NCBI GenBank assembly: GCA_963843575.1
Contig: CAWJKZ010000015.1
Span: 96,001 to 160,000 of the forward strand
DNA: 64,000 bases
Direction: 5' to 3'
From: an uncultured Acidobacteriota bacterium
GTDB lineage: Bacteria; Acidobacteriota; UBA6911
Shown in pieces: positions 32,342 through 40,907 of the stretch (positions within the stretch are counted from its first letter, which is position 1; the number at the start of each line of letters is the position of its first letter). Below the pieces are notes generated by a model, which did no database searches, was not told the origin of the DNA, and was given only the letters and a program-made list of their open reading frames with translations. Position numbers and translations under genes: made by a program.

Positions 32342-33898
32342 ATGAGTCTTAATCCCGAAAAGAAGAAAGCACGACGCAAGTCCCGTTTCCTGTTTCTCGC
32401 CGGCATGGTCATCGGCGTGGCCGCCATCCTTGGGGCAAAAGCAGGCGTAGACTACAGCTCGACAGACAAATTCTGCGACCAGTTATGCCATTCGCACCCC
32501 CATGCGACCCAGACGTGGATCAAGTCGACCCACTTCACGACGAAGAGCGGCGTCGTGACACACTGCGTGGACTGCCACCTGCCGGGCGGCGGCATTGAGT
32601 ACTACACCGAGAAGGCGCGTCTGGGCCTGCACGACGCCTACGGCAAGCTGTTCAAAGACCCCGCCAAACTCGACTGGATTTCGAAGCGCAGCATCGAGGC
32701 GGCCTCCGACTTCACCTACGACTCGGCGTGCGTCCGCTGCCATCAGAATCTGTTCAGCGCCAAGCTCACAAAGAAAGGCGTGGACGGCCACCTGCACTAT
32801 CAGCGTGCGAAAGAGTCGCTGCGCTGCATCAGCTGTCATCTGACCGCAGGGCACTATCGGGACAAGAAGGCCGACGAAGGAGTGGAGGCCGGCGAGGACC
32901 TGTTCGACCTGACTGCCTACCCGGAAAAGATCGAAGGGTTCAAGGGTTACACGGAGGTGCTTCCCGGAACGCCGGTGAAGTTCGAGATGGTGGCCGTGCC
33001 CGGCGGGTCTTTCCAGATGGGGAGCCCCGACACGGAGCCGTATCGCCGGGTGGACGAAGGCCCCCAGCGGACGGTCAAGCTGAGCCCGTTCTGGATCGGG
33101 CGCACGGAAGTGCGCTGGCGCGAGTGGGAGGTTTTCTACGCTCAGCGCGGCGTCGCCGGCAAGAATGATTCGGACTACGATCCCAACAAGGCGGTGTCCG
33201 GCCCCACCCCCCCATACGGTTCGCCCGACCAGGGTTGGGGGCGCGGTTCGCGGCCGGTCATCACCATGACCCACCATGCGGCAACGGTCTACTGCGAGTG
33301 GCTTACCTCGGTGACGGGCAAGAAATTCCGCCTGCCGACCGAGGCGGAGTGGGAATACGCCTGCCGGGCAGGCACCACGACGCCGTATTTCTTCCCCGGC
33401 GACCCGTCCAGGTTTACCGCCCACACCTGGTGGAACCGGCTGGTCGGCGCCAAGTTGACGCCGATCGGCGACTATGCCCGCTTTGCGGGCACAAGCCGCA
33501 TGCGGACGTTCCCCCCGAGCGCGAGCAAACCCAACCCGTGGGGCATCGTCAACATGCTCGGGAACGTGCGCGAGTTCTGCCTGGATTGGTACGACGCCAA
33601 GGCGTACGGCAAGTACCCGGCTTCCGGGGTCGAGAATCCGCGCGGTCCCGAAGAAGGAAAGGAACACGTCGTCCGCGGCGGATCGTACAAGTCCGACGCC
33701 GCGGACCTCCGCTCGGCCGCACGCGATTTCACGCGTCACGACCGGTGGATGGTCACCGACCCTCAGTCCCCCAAGAGCATCTGGTGGTATTCGGACTGCA
33801 CGGATGTCGGGTTCCGCGTTGTGCGCGAGTATGAACCCGGAGAAATACCGGGAGGGCCGAAGCCCGCCGCGGTCCAGACGGTTGCGCAGGGCAACTGA
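32342..33898 (+). CDS. NapC/NirT tetraheme cytochrome fused to an FGE/SUMF1-like domain
   Basis: N-terminal TM; CDQLCH, CVDCH, CVRCH, CISCH; then VPGGSFQMGS, RLPTEAEWEYACRAG, NMLGNVREF, RGGS, VGFRVV. Confidence 0.9.
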   Translation: MSLNPEKKKARRKSRFLFLAGMVIGVAAILGAKAGVDYSSTDKFCDQLCHSHPHATQTWIKSTHFTTKSGVVTHCVDCHLPGGGIEYYTEKARLGLHDAYGKLFKDPAKLDWISKRSIEAASDFTYDSACVRCHQNLFSAKLTKKGVDGHLHYQRAKESLRCISCHLTAGHYRDKKADEGVEAGEDLFDLTAYPEKIEGFKGYTEVLPGTPVKFEMVAVPGGSFQMGSPDTEPYRRVDEGPQRTVKLSPFWIGRTEVRWREWEVFYAQRGVAGKNDSDYDPNKAVSGPTPPYGSPDQGWGRGSRPVITMTHHAATVYCEWLTSVTGKKFRLPTEAEWEYACRAGTTTPYFFPGDPSRFTAHTWWNRLVGAKLTPIGDYARFAGTSRMRTFPPSASKPNPWGIVNMLGNVREFCLDWYDAKAYGKYPASGVENPRGPEEGKEHVVRGGSYKSDAADLRSAARDFTRHDRWMVTDPQSPKSIWWYSDCTDVGFRVVREYEPGEIPGGPKPAAVQTVAQGN

Positions 33899-33993
33899 CC
33901 CCGTCACCGCGGCGGGGAGGGTGAGATTTTTGTCCCGGGGTTTGCCGAACTGCGGTACAGTGCATTGATCTGTCATTATCCGAGGAGGCAGGA

Positions 33994-35346
33994 ATGAAAG
34001 AGGACTTCAGTCGTCGAGACTTTTTTGGGGCGGCTGCCGTAGCCGGCGCCGGCCTCGTCATGGCTTCATGTGCTCAAAAGAAGACTTTCCCAAAGATGAC
34101 CTTTACGGACAAGGCACCGGACGGCCCCGTCCTGAAGGCCGGATTGGTCGGCTGCGGCGGCAGGGGCACGGGTGCGGCCGAGAATTTTCTCAAGGCCGGC
34201 CCCAATCTCCAGGTGGTCGCTCTGGCCGACATGTTCCAGGACCGGATCGACAAGTGCAAGACACGCCTCGAGAGCAAGTATCAGCAGAAGATCGCCCCCG
34301 AGCGGACATACCTCGGGTTCGACGCCTACAAGAAGCTGATCGATTCCGAAGTCGACATCGTCCTGCTGGCTGCTCCGCCGCACTTCCGCCCCATCCACTT
34401 CGATTATGCGGTGGAAGCGAAGAAACACGTCTTCGCCGAGAAACCGGTCGGAGTCGACCCGGTGGGCATCCGCGCGCTGATGGCTTCGGGCGAAAAGGCG
34501 AAGGCCTACAACCTCAACGTTGTGACCGGCACGCAGCGCCGGCACCAGCGCCAGTACCTCGAGAACTACAGCCACGTCAGCAACGGCGCCATCGGCAAGA
34601 TCCTCGCTGCCCGCTGCTACTGGAACCAGGGCCAGCTCTGGTACAAGCAGCGCCAGAAGGAGTGGAGCGACATGGAAGCCATGCTGCGCGACTGGGTCAA
34701 CTGGACATGGCTCTCCGGCGACCACATCGTCGAGCAGCACGTGCACAACATCGACGTCATCGCCTGGTTCATGGGCGCTCACCCGGTCAAGGCCGTGTCG
34801 ATGGGCGGACGCATGCGGCGCGTGACCGGCGACCAGTTCGACTTCTTCTCGACCGACTTCACGTTCGAGAACGGCGTGCACCTGCTCAGCCAGTGCCGCC
34901 AGATCGACGGCTGCGACAACGAAATCTCCGAGTACCTGGTCGGCACCGAAGGCTCCACCAACTGCAGGGGCACGATCTGGGACAAGGAAGGCAAGATAGT
35001 GTGGCAGTTCCAGGAAGCCGCGAAGGAACAGGAGACCCCTGGACAGGTCACCATGCTGGATCCCGAAAAGTCCGACGTCTCGCCCTATGATCAGGAGCAC
35101 GTCGACCTGGTCACCGCAATCCGGACGAACAAGCCGATCAACGAGGCCGAGAGCACGGCCAAGTCGACCCTGACCGCAATAATGGGCCGCATTTCGGCCT
35201 ACACCGGCAAGGAAACGACCTGGGAGCAGATGATGTCCCTGGATCTGAAGCTCGGGCCCGCCGAATATGCCATGGGCCCGATCCCCACTATCCAGGCGAC
35301 CATTCCGGTCCCCGGCACCAGCAAGGTCGTGCTTCCAGCGGAATAG
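33994..35346 (+). CDS. Tat-exported Gfo/Idh/MocA oxidoreductase (possible lipoprotein)
   Basis: SRRDFF, MASC lipobox-like, GCGGRG, EKP, WLSGDHIVEQHVH. Confidence 0.93.
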   Translation: MKEDFSRRDFFGAAAVAGAGLVMASCAQKKTFPKMTFTDKAPDGPVLKAGLVGCGGRGTGAAENFLKAGPNLQVVALADMFQDRIDKCKTRLESKYQQKIAPERTYLGFDAYKKLIDSEVDIVLLAAPPHFRPIHFDYAVEAKKHVFAEKPVGVDPVGIRALMASGEKAKAYNLNVVTGTQRRHQRQYLENYSHVSNGAIGKILAARCYWNQGQLWYKQRQKEWSDMEAMLRDWVNWTWLSGDHIVEQHVHNIDVIAWFMGAHPVKAVSMGGRMRRVTGDQFDFFSTDFTFENGVHLLSQCRQIDGCDNEISEYLVGTEGSTNCRGTIWDKEGKIVWQFQEAAKEQETPGQVTMLDPEKSDVSPYDQEHVDLVTAIRTNKPINEAESTAKSTLTAIMGRISAYTGKETTWEQMMSLDLKLGPAEYAMGPIPTIQATIPVPGTSKVVLPAE

Positions 35347-35356
35347 CTGAAAAGCA

Positions 35357-35579
35357 GGTTTTGGGTGTTGGGTTTTGGCAGAGATGCCTGAACCCAACAC
35401 CCGCCCTCGAAGTCTCAAATACAACTGCAACAACCTGCCACGGAAACCACGGAATACACCAAGTCTCAAATGTCAGTATTCCCTGTTCTTCCGTGTCTTC
35501 CGTGGCGAGTTTTTACCTGTGTGGGCGAATCCCTTCCGGGAAACACCAACACCCAGAACCCAGTCCCCACCCCCCACCT
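35357..35579. repeat. Family E CCACGGAA doublet flanked by inverted heptamer-like arrays
   Basis: GCCACGGAAACCACGGAA ... TTCCGTGTCTTCCGTGGC; flanks GGGTGTTGGGTTTTGG and CCAACACCCAGAACCCAG. Confidence 0.7.
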
Positions 35580-36449
35580 TTAATGCACCCAGCGTCCGAT
35601 CCCGTGCGTCAGGCGCGAGAAGGATTTCCTGGCCGAGGCCGGGATGTCCGGGATCATTCCCGACAGGGTACTCAGGTCGGGCAAGGATGGGACCATCCTG
35701 CGCCATCGTGGGGCCGGGGTGCGGTAACGAAGCGCCATCCTGGCGCCGTAGTATGCCAGCGCGCCGGCCGCGGTTCCGGCAAGCGCACGGTTTTCGGGAG
35801 ACCATCGACGCAGCCGTCCGAAGTCGTACGAAGGCATGCGGCGCATCACCCTGTCCCAACGCGAAACTGGTTTGTGCCGCTCCAGCGCGTAACGCACGCC
35901 GTAGTACGTTCCGATCCCGCCGGCCGTGAGTCCGAGAACCCTCCACGCCCGCGGCATTCCTCCCGGTACGCGCCGGCGGTGGCGCCGGTGTCCCTTCAGT
36001 GCCGGGGCGTTGTCGGCGGAATCGTGCACGGAGATTCTGTTTTCCGCACTTGTCACGCCAGGGGTACGGGCCACCTCGGTCATAAGGTCGTCGACTTCGT
36101 CCCTCAGGATATCGCCGGTCAGGATGACACTGCCGCCCTGGGCATTGACCGAGATGGCGGACGGGTACGACACCACGTGTCCAATCCGTGACCGGACTCT
36201 CGCTTCCAGAACGCTGTCGTCGCCAACCCCTTCCTGTCCTGCCACGCCCACACTGGCCAGGGTGCCCTGTGCCCGGTTGCCGATGTCTCTGGCGGTTGCG
36301 TCCAGTGCCCTGTGCCCCTTCCTCCACCAACTCGAAATCTTGTCGCGCACAAGCGCACGTCTGCGTCGCCCCGCTGCCGGGTCCAGGAAATACATGACGA
36401 CGCCTGCGCCAAGGCCTACTCCGCCCAACAGTGCAATTTTCCGGTTCAT
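35580..36449 (-). CDS. BON-domain membrane protein
   Basis: [19 protein letters not shown]; DDSVLEARVRSRIG...GVTSAENRI. Confidence 0.82.
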   Translation of the reverse strand: MNRKIALLGGVGLGAGVVMYFLDPAAGRRRRALVRDKISSWWRKGHRALDATARDIGNRAQGTLASVGVAGQEGVGDDSVLEARVRSRIGHVVSYPSAISVNAQGGSVILTGDILRDEVDDLMTEVARTPGVTSAENRISVHDSADNAPALKGHRRHRRRVPGGMPRAWRVLGLTAGGIGTYYGVRYALERHKPVSRWDRVMRRMPSYDFGRLRRWSPENRALAGTAAGALAYYGARMALRYRTPAPRWRRMVPSLPDLSTLSGMIPDIPASARKSFSRLTHGIGRWVH

Positions 36450-36624
36450 GGCTGCTCCTCCTTGAGTGACACAGAAAACCCCGCCCCCGAGAGAGCAATT
36501 TCTGGCCCACGCGCGCCGAAAGCGGAACGGCTGCAGGTGCAATCACCTCCGGGGGCGCCGGTCGCGAAGCGGCTCCTGAGTTAAGGGGAGTTCCTCCCTG
36601 GCGGGACCCAAACAAATGGTAACC

Positions 36625-36711
36625 TGGAGTTTGGCGCCTCGGCGCCACGCCGAATTGCGAGATGCGACCCTGCGACCTCGTCCTTTGGTGGCGCCGAGCC
36701 GCCGCACTTCA
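36625..36711. repeat. Family B REP-like doublet (degenerate)
   Basis: TGGAGTTTGGCGCCTCGGCGCC ... GAGCCGCCGCACTTCA. Confidence 0.7.
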
Positions 36712-36894
36712 TAACTGCGTCACTACTTCCGCCTCACTTTATAAGGATCTGAAAGGAAGCGAAAGCATTCGTTTGACTCGGGGGGGACGTTCATCGTTTA
36801 ATAGGTGCGAGCTGGCACGAACTTTCGTTATGATAGCTCCCACTTGAGCCGCTGCGTCCGGAGGATTCCGCGCAGGGCAGGAAAGGTTAAGGAC

Positions 36895-38094
36895 ATGAAA
36901 CGACGCTTTGATCTTACCAGGCGCGAGTTCATCCTGTCGTCAGCAGCGGCAGGGACCGCGGCCACCATTACCATCGTCAAACCCGAATCGGTTCGGGGCA
37001 CGCAGGCCAACAGTGCCATCACCCTCGGCTGGGTCGGCCTGGGCGGTCGCGGCACCGCCGATGCCAAGGGGCTCGCGGCTGCCGGCGCCCGGATCACGGC
37101 GCTGGGCGACGTGTTCCAGGAGCGGATTGACGCGGCGCGCAAGATTTTCACCGTCGACGACAGCATGTGTTTCACCGGTTTCGATGCCTACAAGAGAGTC
37201 TGTGACCAGAAAGTCGACGCCGTGATGCTGGTGACGCCGCCGGGATTCAGGCCCGACGAGTTCAGGACGGCGGTGGAGGCAGGCAAGCACATTTTCGCCG
37301 AGAAGCCGCTGGCGGTGGACGCCTGGGGCTGCCGGGACGTGCTGGCGAACGGCGAGAAGGCGAAGACGAAGAAGTTGAGCGTGGTGGTTGGGCTGCAGCG
37401 GCGCTACAGCACAGCCTACCAGGAGGCGCAGAAACTCATCGCCGGCGGAAGGCTGGGCACCATAGTCACGGCGCGCGGATTCTATCTGACCGGCGACGTG
37501 TGGAAAGGGAGAACCTGGCCGCGCGCCGACTTCCCTTCCGAGCAGCACTGGATGGCTCGGAACTGGTATTATTTCAGGGCGCTGTCGGGCGACCTGATCA
37601 CGGAACAGAACATACACAACCTGGATGCGCTCAACTGGGTCCTGGGATCGCACCCGGACCGTTGCGTCGGCTACGGCGGGCGCAAGTGGCGCAAATACAT
37701 CGGAGACATCTTCGATCACTTCAACGTCACCTATGAGTACCCCGGGGGCGTACACCTGACCTTCATGTCGGGCCAGTTCGCCACGCTGCACGACAGTTCG
37801 GAGCAAGTCCTGGGCACCGATGGCACCTTCATGACGACCGGCGGGATGCGCATCGAGGGTAAGGACCCGTGGAAGTACGAAGGCGATAGCGACTCCAACA
37901 AGAACGAGTGGGAAGCGTTCGTCAACAGCGTCAAGAACGGCCAGCCCCGTGCCGACACGGCTCACGCCGTCGACGGCACGTTCACCACGATCCTGGGCCG
38001 GGAAGCCGCCTACACCCGTAAAGAGGTTGAGTGGACGAAGCTCTGGGAAAAGAACGAGAAACTGGAGCGCAAGGCCTATCCGGTGGCGACCTAG
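36895..38094 (+). CDS. Tat-exported Gfo/Idh/MocA oxidoreductase
   Basis: TRREFI, GLGGRG, EKP, LSGDLITEQNIH. Confidence 0.92.
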   Translation: MKRRFDLTRREFILSSAAAGTAATITIVKPESVRGTQANSAITLGWVGLGGRGTADAKGLAAAGARITALGDVFQERIDAARKIFTVDDSMCFTGFDAYKRVCDQKVDAVMLVTPPGFRPDEFRTAVEAGKHIFAEKPLAVDAWGCRDVLANGEKAKTKKLSVVVGLQRRYSTAYQEAQKLIAGGRLGTIVTARGFYLTGDVWKGRTWPRADFPSEQHWMARNWYYFRALSGDLITEQNIHNLDALNWVLGSHPDRCVGYGGRKWRKYIGDIFDHFNVTYEYPGGVHLTFMSGQFATLHDSSEQVLGTDGTFMTTGGMRIEGKDPWKYEGDSDSNKNEWEAFVNSVKNGQPRADTAHAVDGTFTTILGREAAYTRKEVEWTKLWEKNEKLERKAYPVAT

Positions 38095-38160
38095 ATTCTG
38101 AGGACTTCGGGCCTCCACCGCGGGGGCCCGGGGTCAAACCGATAACAGGAGATACGACAC

Positions 38161-39093
38161 ATGATGAAAAACGTGAATCGCCGCGAGTTCCTGAAAGCCA
38201 CTTCGTCTCTCGCCGTGAGCGGCGCCGTGCTAGGCGCCGGCTTGGCCGTGCGCCCGGAAGCGGCGCCGGCGGCGCCGGCCCCCGGGGCGGGCCCCTGGAA
38301 GGGATTCTGCATCGGCGTCCTCCCGAAGGAGATGAGCGTACTGGACAAGTTCAAGCTGGCCAAGAAGGTCGGCATCGAGGGCATCGAGCCCAACACCCTG
38401 ACAACCCCCGAGGAAGTAGCCGAATACAAGGAAGCAGCCAAAAACACCGGGGTCAAGATTCTCTCGATCATGAACTCGGACCATTGGAAGTTTCCGCTTT
38501 CGGATAACGATCCCGAAGTGGTCAAGAAGAGCATCGACGGCGTGAAGACGTCGCTGAAGAATGCGGCGGAACTGGGAGCCCCCGTCATCCTCCTGGTGCC
38601 AGCGGTGGTCGCCGCGGATGTCCGTTATGCGGACGCCTACACGAGATCGCAGAAGATCATCACGGAGCAGCTGCTCCCGATGGCGAAGGACCTGAAGGTC
38701 ATCATCGGCATCGAAAACGTCGGCAACCGCTTCCTTCTCAGCCCTCTTGAATTCGCCCGCTACGTCGACGAATTTAAAAGCCCCTGGGTCAAGGCCTATT
38801 TCGACGTCGGCAACATCGTTTCGAACGGCTGGCCCCAGGACTGGATTCGCACCCTGGGCCCCAGGCTCTGCAGCATCCACATCAAGAGATTCGAACCGGG
38901 GAAGGATTACCCGAAATACGATCCGGCCGATAGGCGCGGGCAGGGCGTCGGCTGGCCTGAAGTTCGGAGCGCTCTGGCAGAAGTCAAATACACCGGCTGG
39001 ATCACCGCGGAAGTCCGCGGGGGCGACGAGGCCTACCTGACCGAGCTCAGCGCCCGGATGGACAAGATTCTCGCCGGAGACAGCCCCGCCTAG
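38161..39093 (+). CDS. Tat-exported sugar phosphate isomerase/epimerase TIM-barrel protein
   Basis: NRREFL; IENV, YFDVGN, HIK, TAE metal ligands. Confidence 0.9.
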   Translation: MMKNVNRREFLKATSSLAVSGAVLGAGLAVRPEAAPAAPAPGAGPWKGFCIGVLPKEMSVLDKFKLAKKVGIEGIEPNTLTTPEEVAEYKEAAKNTGVKILSIMNSDHWKFPLSDNDPEVVKKSIDGVKTSLKNAAELGAPVILLVPAVVAADVRYADAYTRSQKIITEQLLPMAKDLKVIIGIENVGNRFLLSPLEFARYVDEFKSPWVKAYFDVGNIVSNGWPQDWIRTLGPRLCSIHIKRFEPGKDYPKYDPADRRGQGVGWPEVRSALAEVKYTGWITAEVRGGDEAYLTELSARMDKILAGDSPA

Positions 39094-39324
39094 GTCACGC
39101 CTGCCCGGGGTTGCTCTCGTTTGTGGGGTTGTCGGGCTTGCCTCTCCCGCTGAGGCGGGCGAAAGCACTGCCCGGCAACCCCTAATCAAGATTTGGCCCC
39201 GGCTCCCCTCTTCCCTTGAAGTGCCCGGGAATGTATTCTCTGTCCCAAGTAGGGTCATAGTATTTCCCGGCAAGCGCAGAGCTTGCTTCCCGTTGAAGGC
39301 CAAGACCGACGCGGAGGTGCACTC

Positions 39325-40560
39325 TTGTCCATCCAGCGGTTTCTTCACGAGACGCTTACCTTAATACTGGCCGGTGGACAGGGGGAGCGACTCTACCCGC
39401 TCACGAAAGACCGCGCGAAGCCGGCGGTCCCGTTCGCGGGGGAATACCGCATCATCGATTTCACGCTCTCCAACTGCGTCAACTCCGGCCTGAAGCGCAT
39501 CTACGTGCTGACCCAGTACATGAGCCACTCCCTCGACCGGCACCTGAAGCTCGGGTGGAACATCCTCGCGACCGCGCTCGACGAATTCCTGTACACCATC
39601 CCCCCGCAATTCAGGACGGGCAACCGCTGGTACCTTGGGACTGCCGACGCGGTCTTCCAGAACGTCTACATCCTGCAAAACGAGCGCCCGTCCCACGTCG
39701 TGATCCTCTCCGGAGATCACATCTACAAGATGGACTACAGCGAGATGATCGAGGCGCACGCGCGCACCGGGGCGCTGTGCACCGTGGCGGTCGTGGAACA
39801 CGACAGGGCGACGGCGAACAGGATGGGGGTGGTCGAGGTCGACGCGGACAACCGCTTCGTGAGCTTCTCGGAGAAGCCGGCCGACCCGAAGCCCATGCCC
39901 GGCCAGCCGGCCGTCGCCTTGGTGAACATGGGGGTGTACGTTTTCGAGACCGCGACCTTGGTCCAGGCCGTGTCGGAGGATTCGCGGCGCGACTCCGCCC
40001 ACGATTTCGGCCAGAACATCCTCCCCTCGCTCATCCGTACGGGCAAGGTTTTCGCGCACCCGTTCCGGGACGAAAACCGCGCACAGGTGAAGTACTGGCG
40101 GGACATCGGCACGTTGGACGCCTACTACGAAGCCAGCATGGACCTGGTCAGGGTCAATCCGTCCTTTAACCTCTACGACCGCAGTTTCCCGATCCGGACC
40201 TTCATGGAGCCGAGGCCTCCGGTGAAGATGGTGTTCGGCGGCCAGGAGGAGGGGCGCGCCGGTATGGCGCTCGATTCGCTGCTCTGCAGCGGCTGCATCA
40301 TCAGCGGAGGACGTGTCGAGCGATCGATCCTCTCGCCCAACGTGCGGATAAACTCCTACTCGCTGGTGCAGGACTCGATCCTGTTCGATTACGTCCAGAT
40401 CGGCCGTCACGCCCGGATCCGCCGCGCCATCATCGACAAGGACGTGCACGTGCCCCCCGGGTTCCAGATCGGCTACGACCCGAAGGAGGACGCGCGCCGC
40501 TTTACCGTGACGGATTCAGGCCTCGTCGTGGTCCCGCGCGGCACCGTTATCGAGGAATAG
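39325..40560 (+). CDS. glgC: Glucose-1-phosphate adenylyltransferase
   Basis: LAGGQGERLYPLT.DRAKPAVPF, LSGDHIYKMDY, YWRDIGT; TTG start after GGAGG. Confidence 0.97.
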   Translation: MSIQRFLHETLTLILAGGQGERLYPLTKDRAKPAVPFAGEYRIIDFTLSNCVNSGLKRIYVLTQYMSHSLDRHLKLGWNILATALDEFLYTIPPQFRTGNRWYLGTADAVFQNVYILQNERPSHVVILSGDHIYKMDYSEMIEAHARTGALCTVAVVEHDRATANRMGVVEVDADNRFVSFSEKPADPKPMPGQPAVALVNMGVYVFETATLVQAVSEDSRRDSAHDFGQNILPSLIRTGKVFAHPFRDENRAQVKYWRDIGTLDAYYEASMDLVRVNPSFNLYDRSFPIRTFMEPRPPVKMVFGGQEEGRAGMALDSLLCSGCIISGGRVERSILSPNVRINSYSLVQDSILFDYVQIGRHARIRRAIIDKDVHVPPGFQIGYDPKEDARRFTVTDSGLVVVPRGTVIEE

Positions 40561-40562
40561 AG

Positions 40563-40767
40563 TTAGTACCACATTTCGCAAATACGCTAACGTATTCTCG
40601 GGATGGAGCTGGTCACCGATTGACAACGTGCAGAACGCGGATCTTCCCGGATTTAACGGATTCACGCGGATCGGCCGGGCGCGGCCTGCCACCAGGTAGA
40701 AATCCGCGTGCATCCGCGCAAATCCGCGTCCTGGAAACGTTAGCGTATTTCTGAACACGAGTACTTA
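40563..40767. mobile_element. MITE family C, complete copy
   Basis: TTA-GTAC...GTAC-TTA ends; perfect 14-bp subterminal inverted repeat AAATACGCTAACGT (40580-40593)/ACGTTAGCGTATTT (40737-40750). Confidence 0.8.
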
Positions 40768-40840
40768 GGGTTCGCGCAAGAATGAGTTCACATTTTGGCG
40801 CGAGCCCCAAGCTACAACGTAAATCCCCGAGAATCCGCGG
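40764..40840. repeat. Family D mini-element plus shared flank
   Basis: Reverse-complement match to about 25912-25992. Confidence 0.75.
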
Positions 40841-40907
40841 CACTTCCACAATAGCTGGCCTGCTCACTGGTTTCAGGGTAAAGTTGTGGGTTCCCCCGGG
40901 GGTGCGC

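Noticed and set aside
32342-33898. Formylglycine-generating enzyme (sulfatase maturation)
   Set aside because: Catalytic Cys pair absent and no sulfatase nearby.
36813-36828. Sigma54 promoter TGGCACGAACTTTCG upstream of the second Gfo
   Set aside because: The -12 element reads TTCG rather than TTGC.
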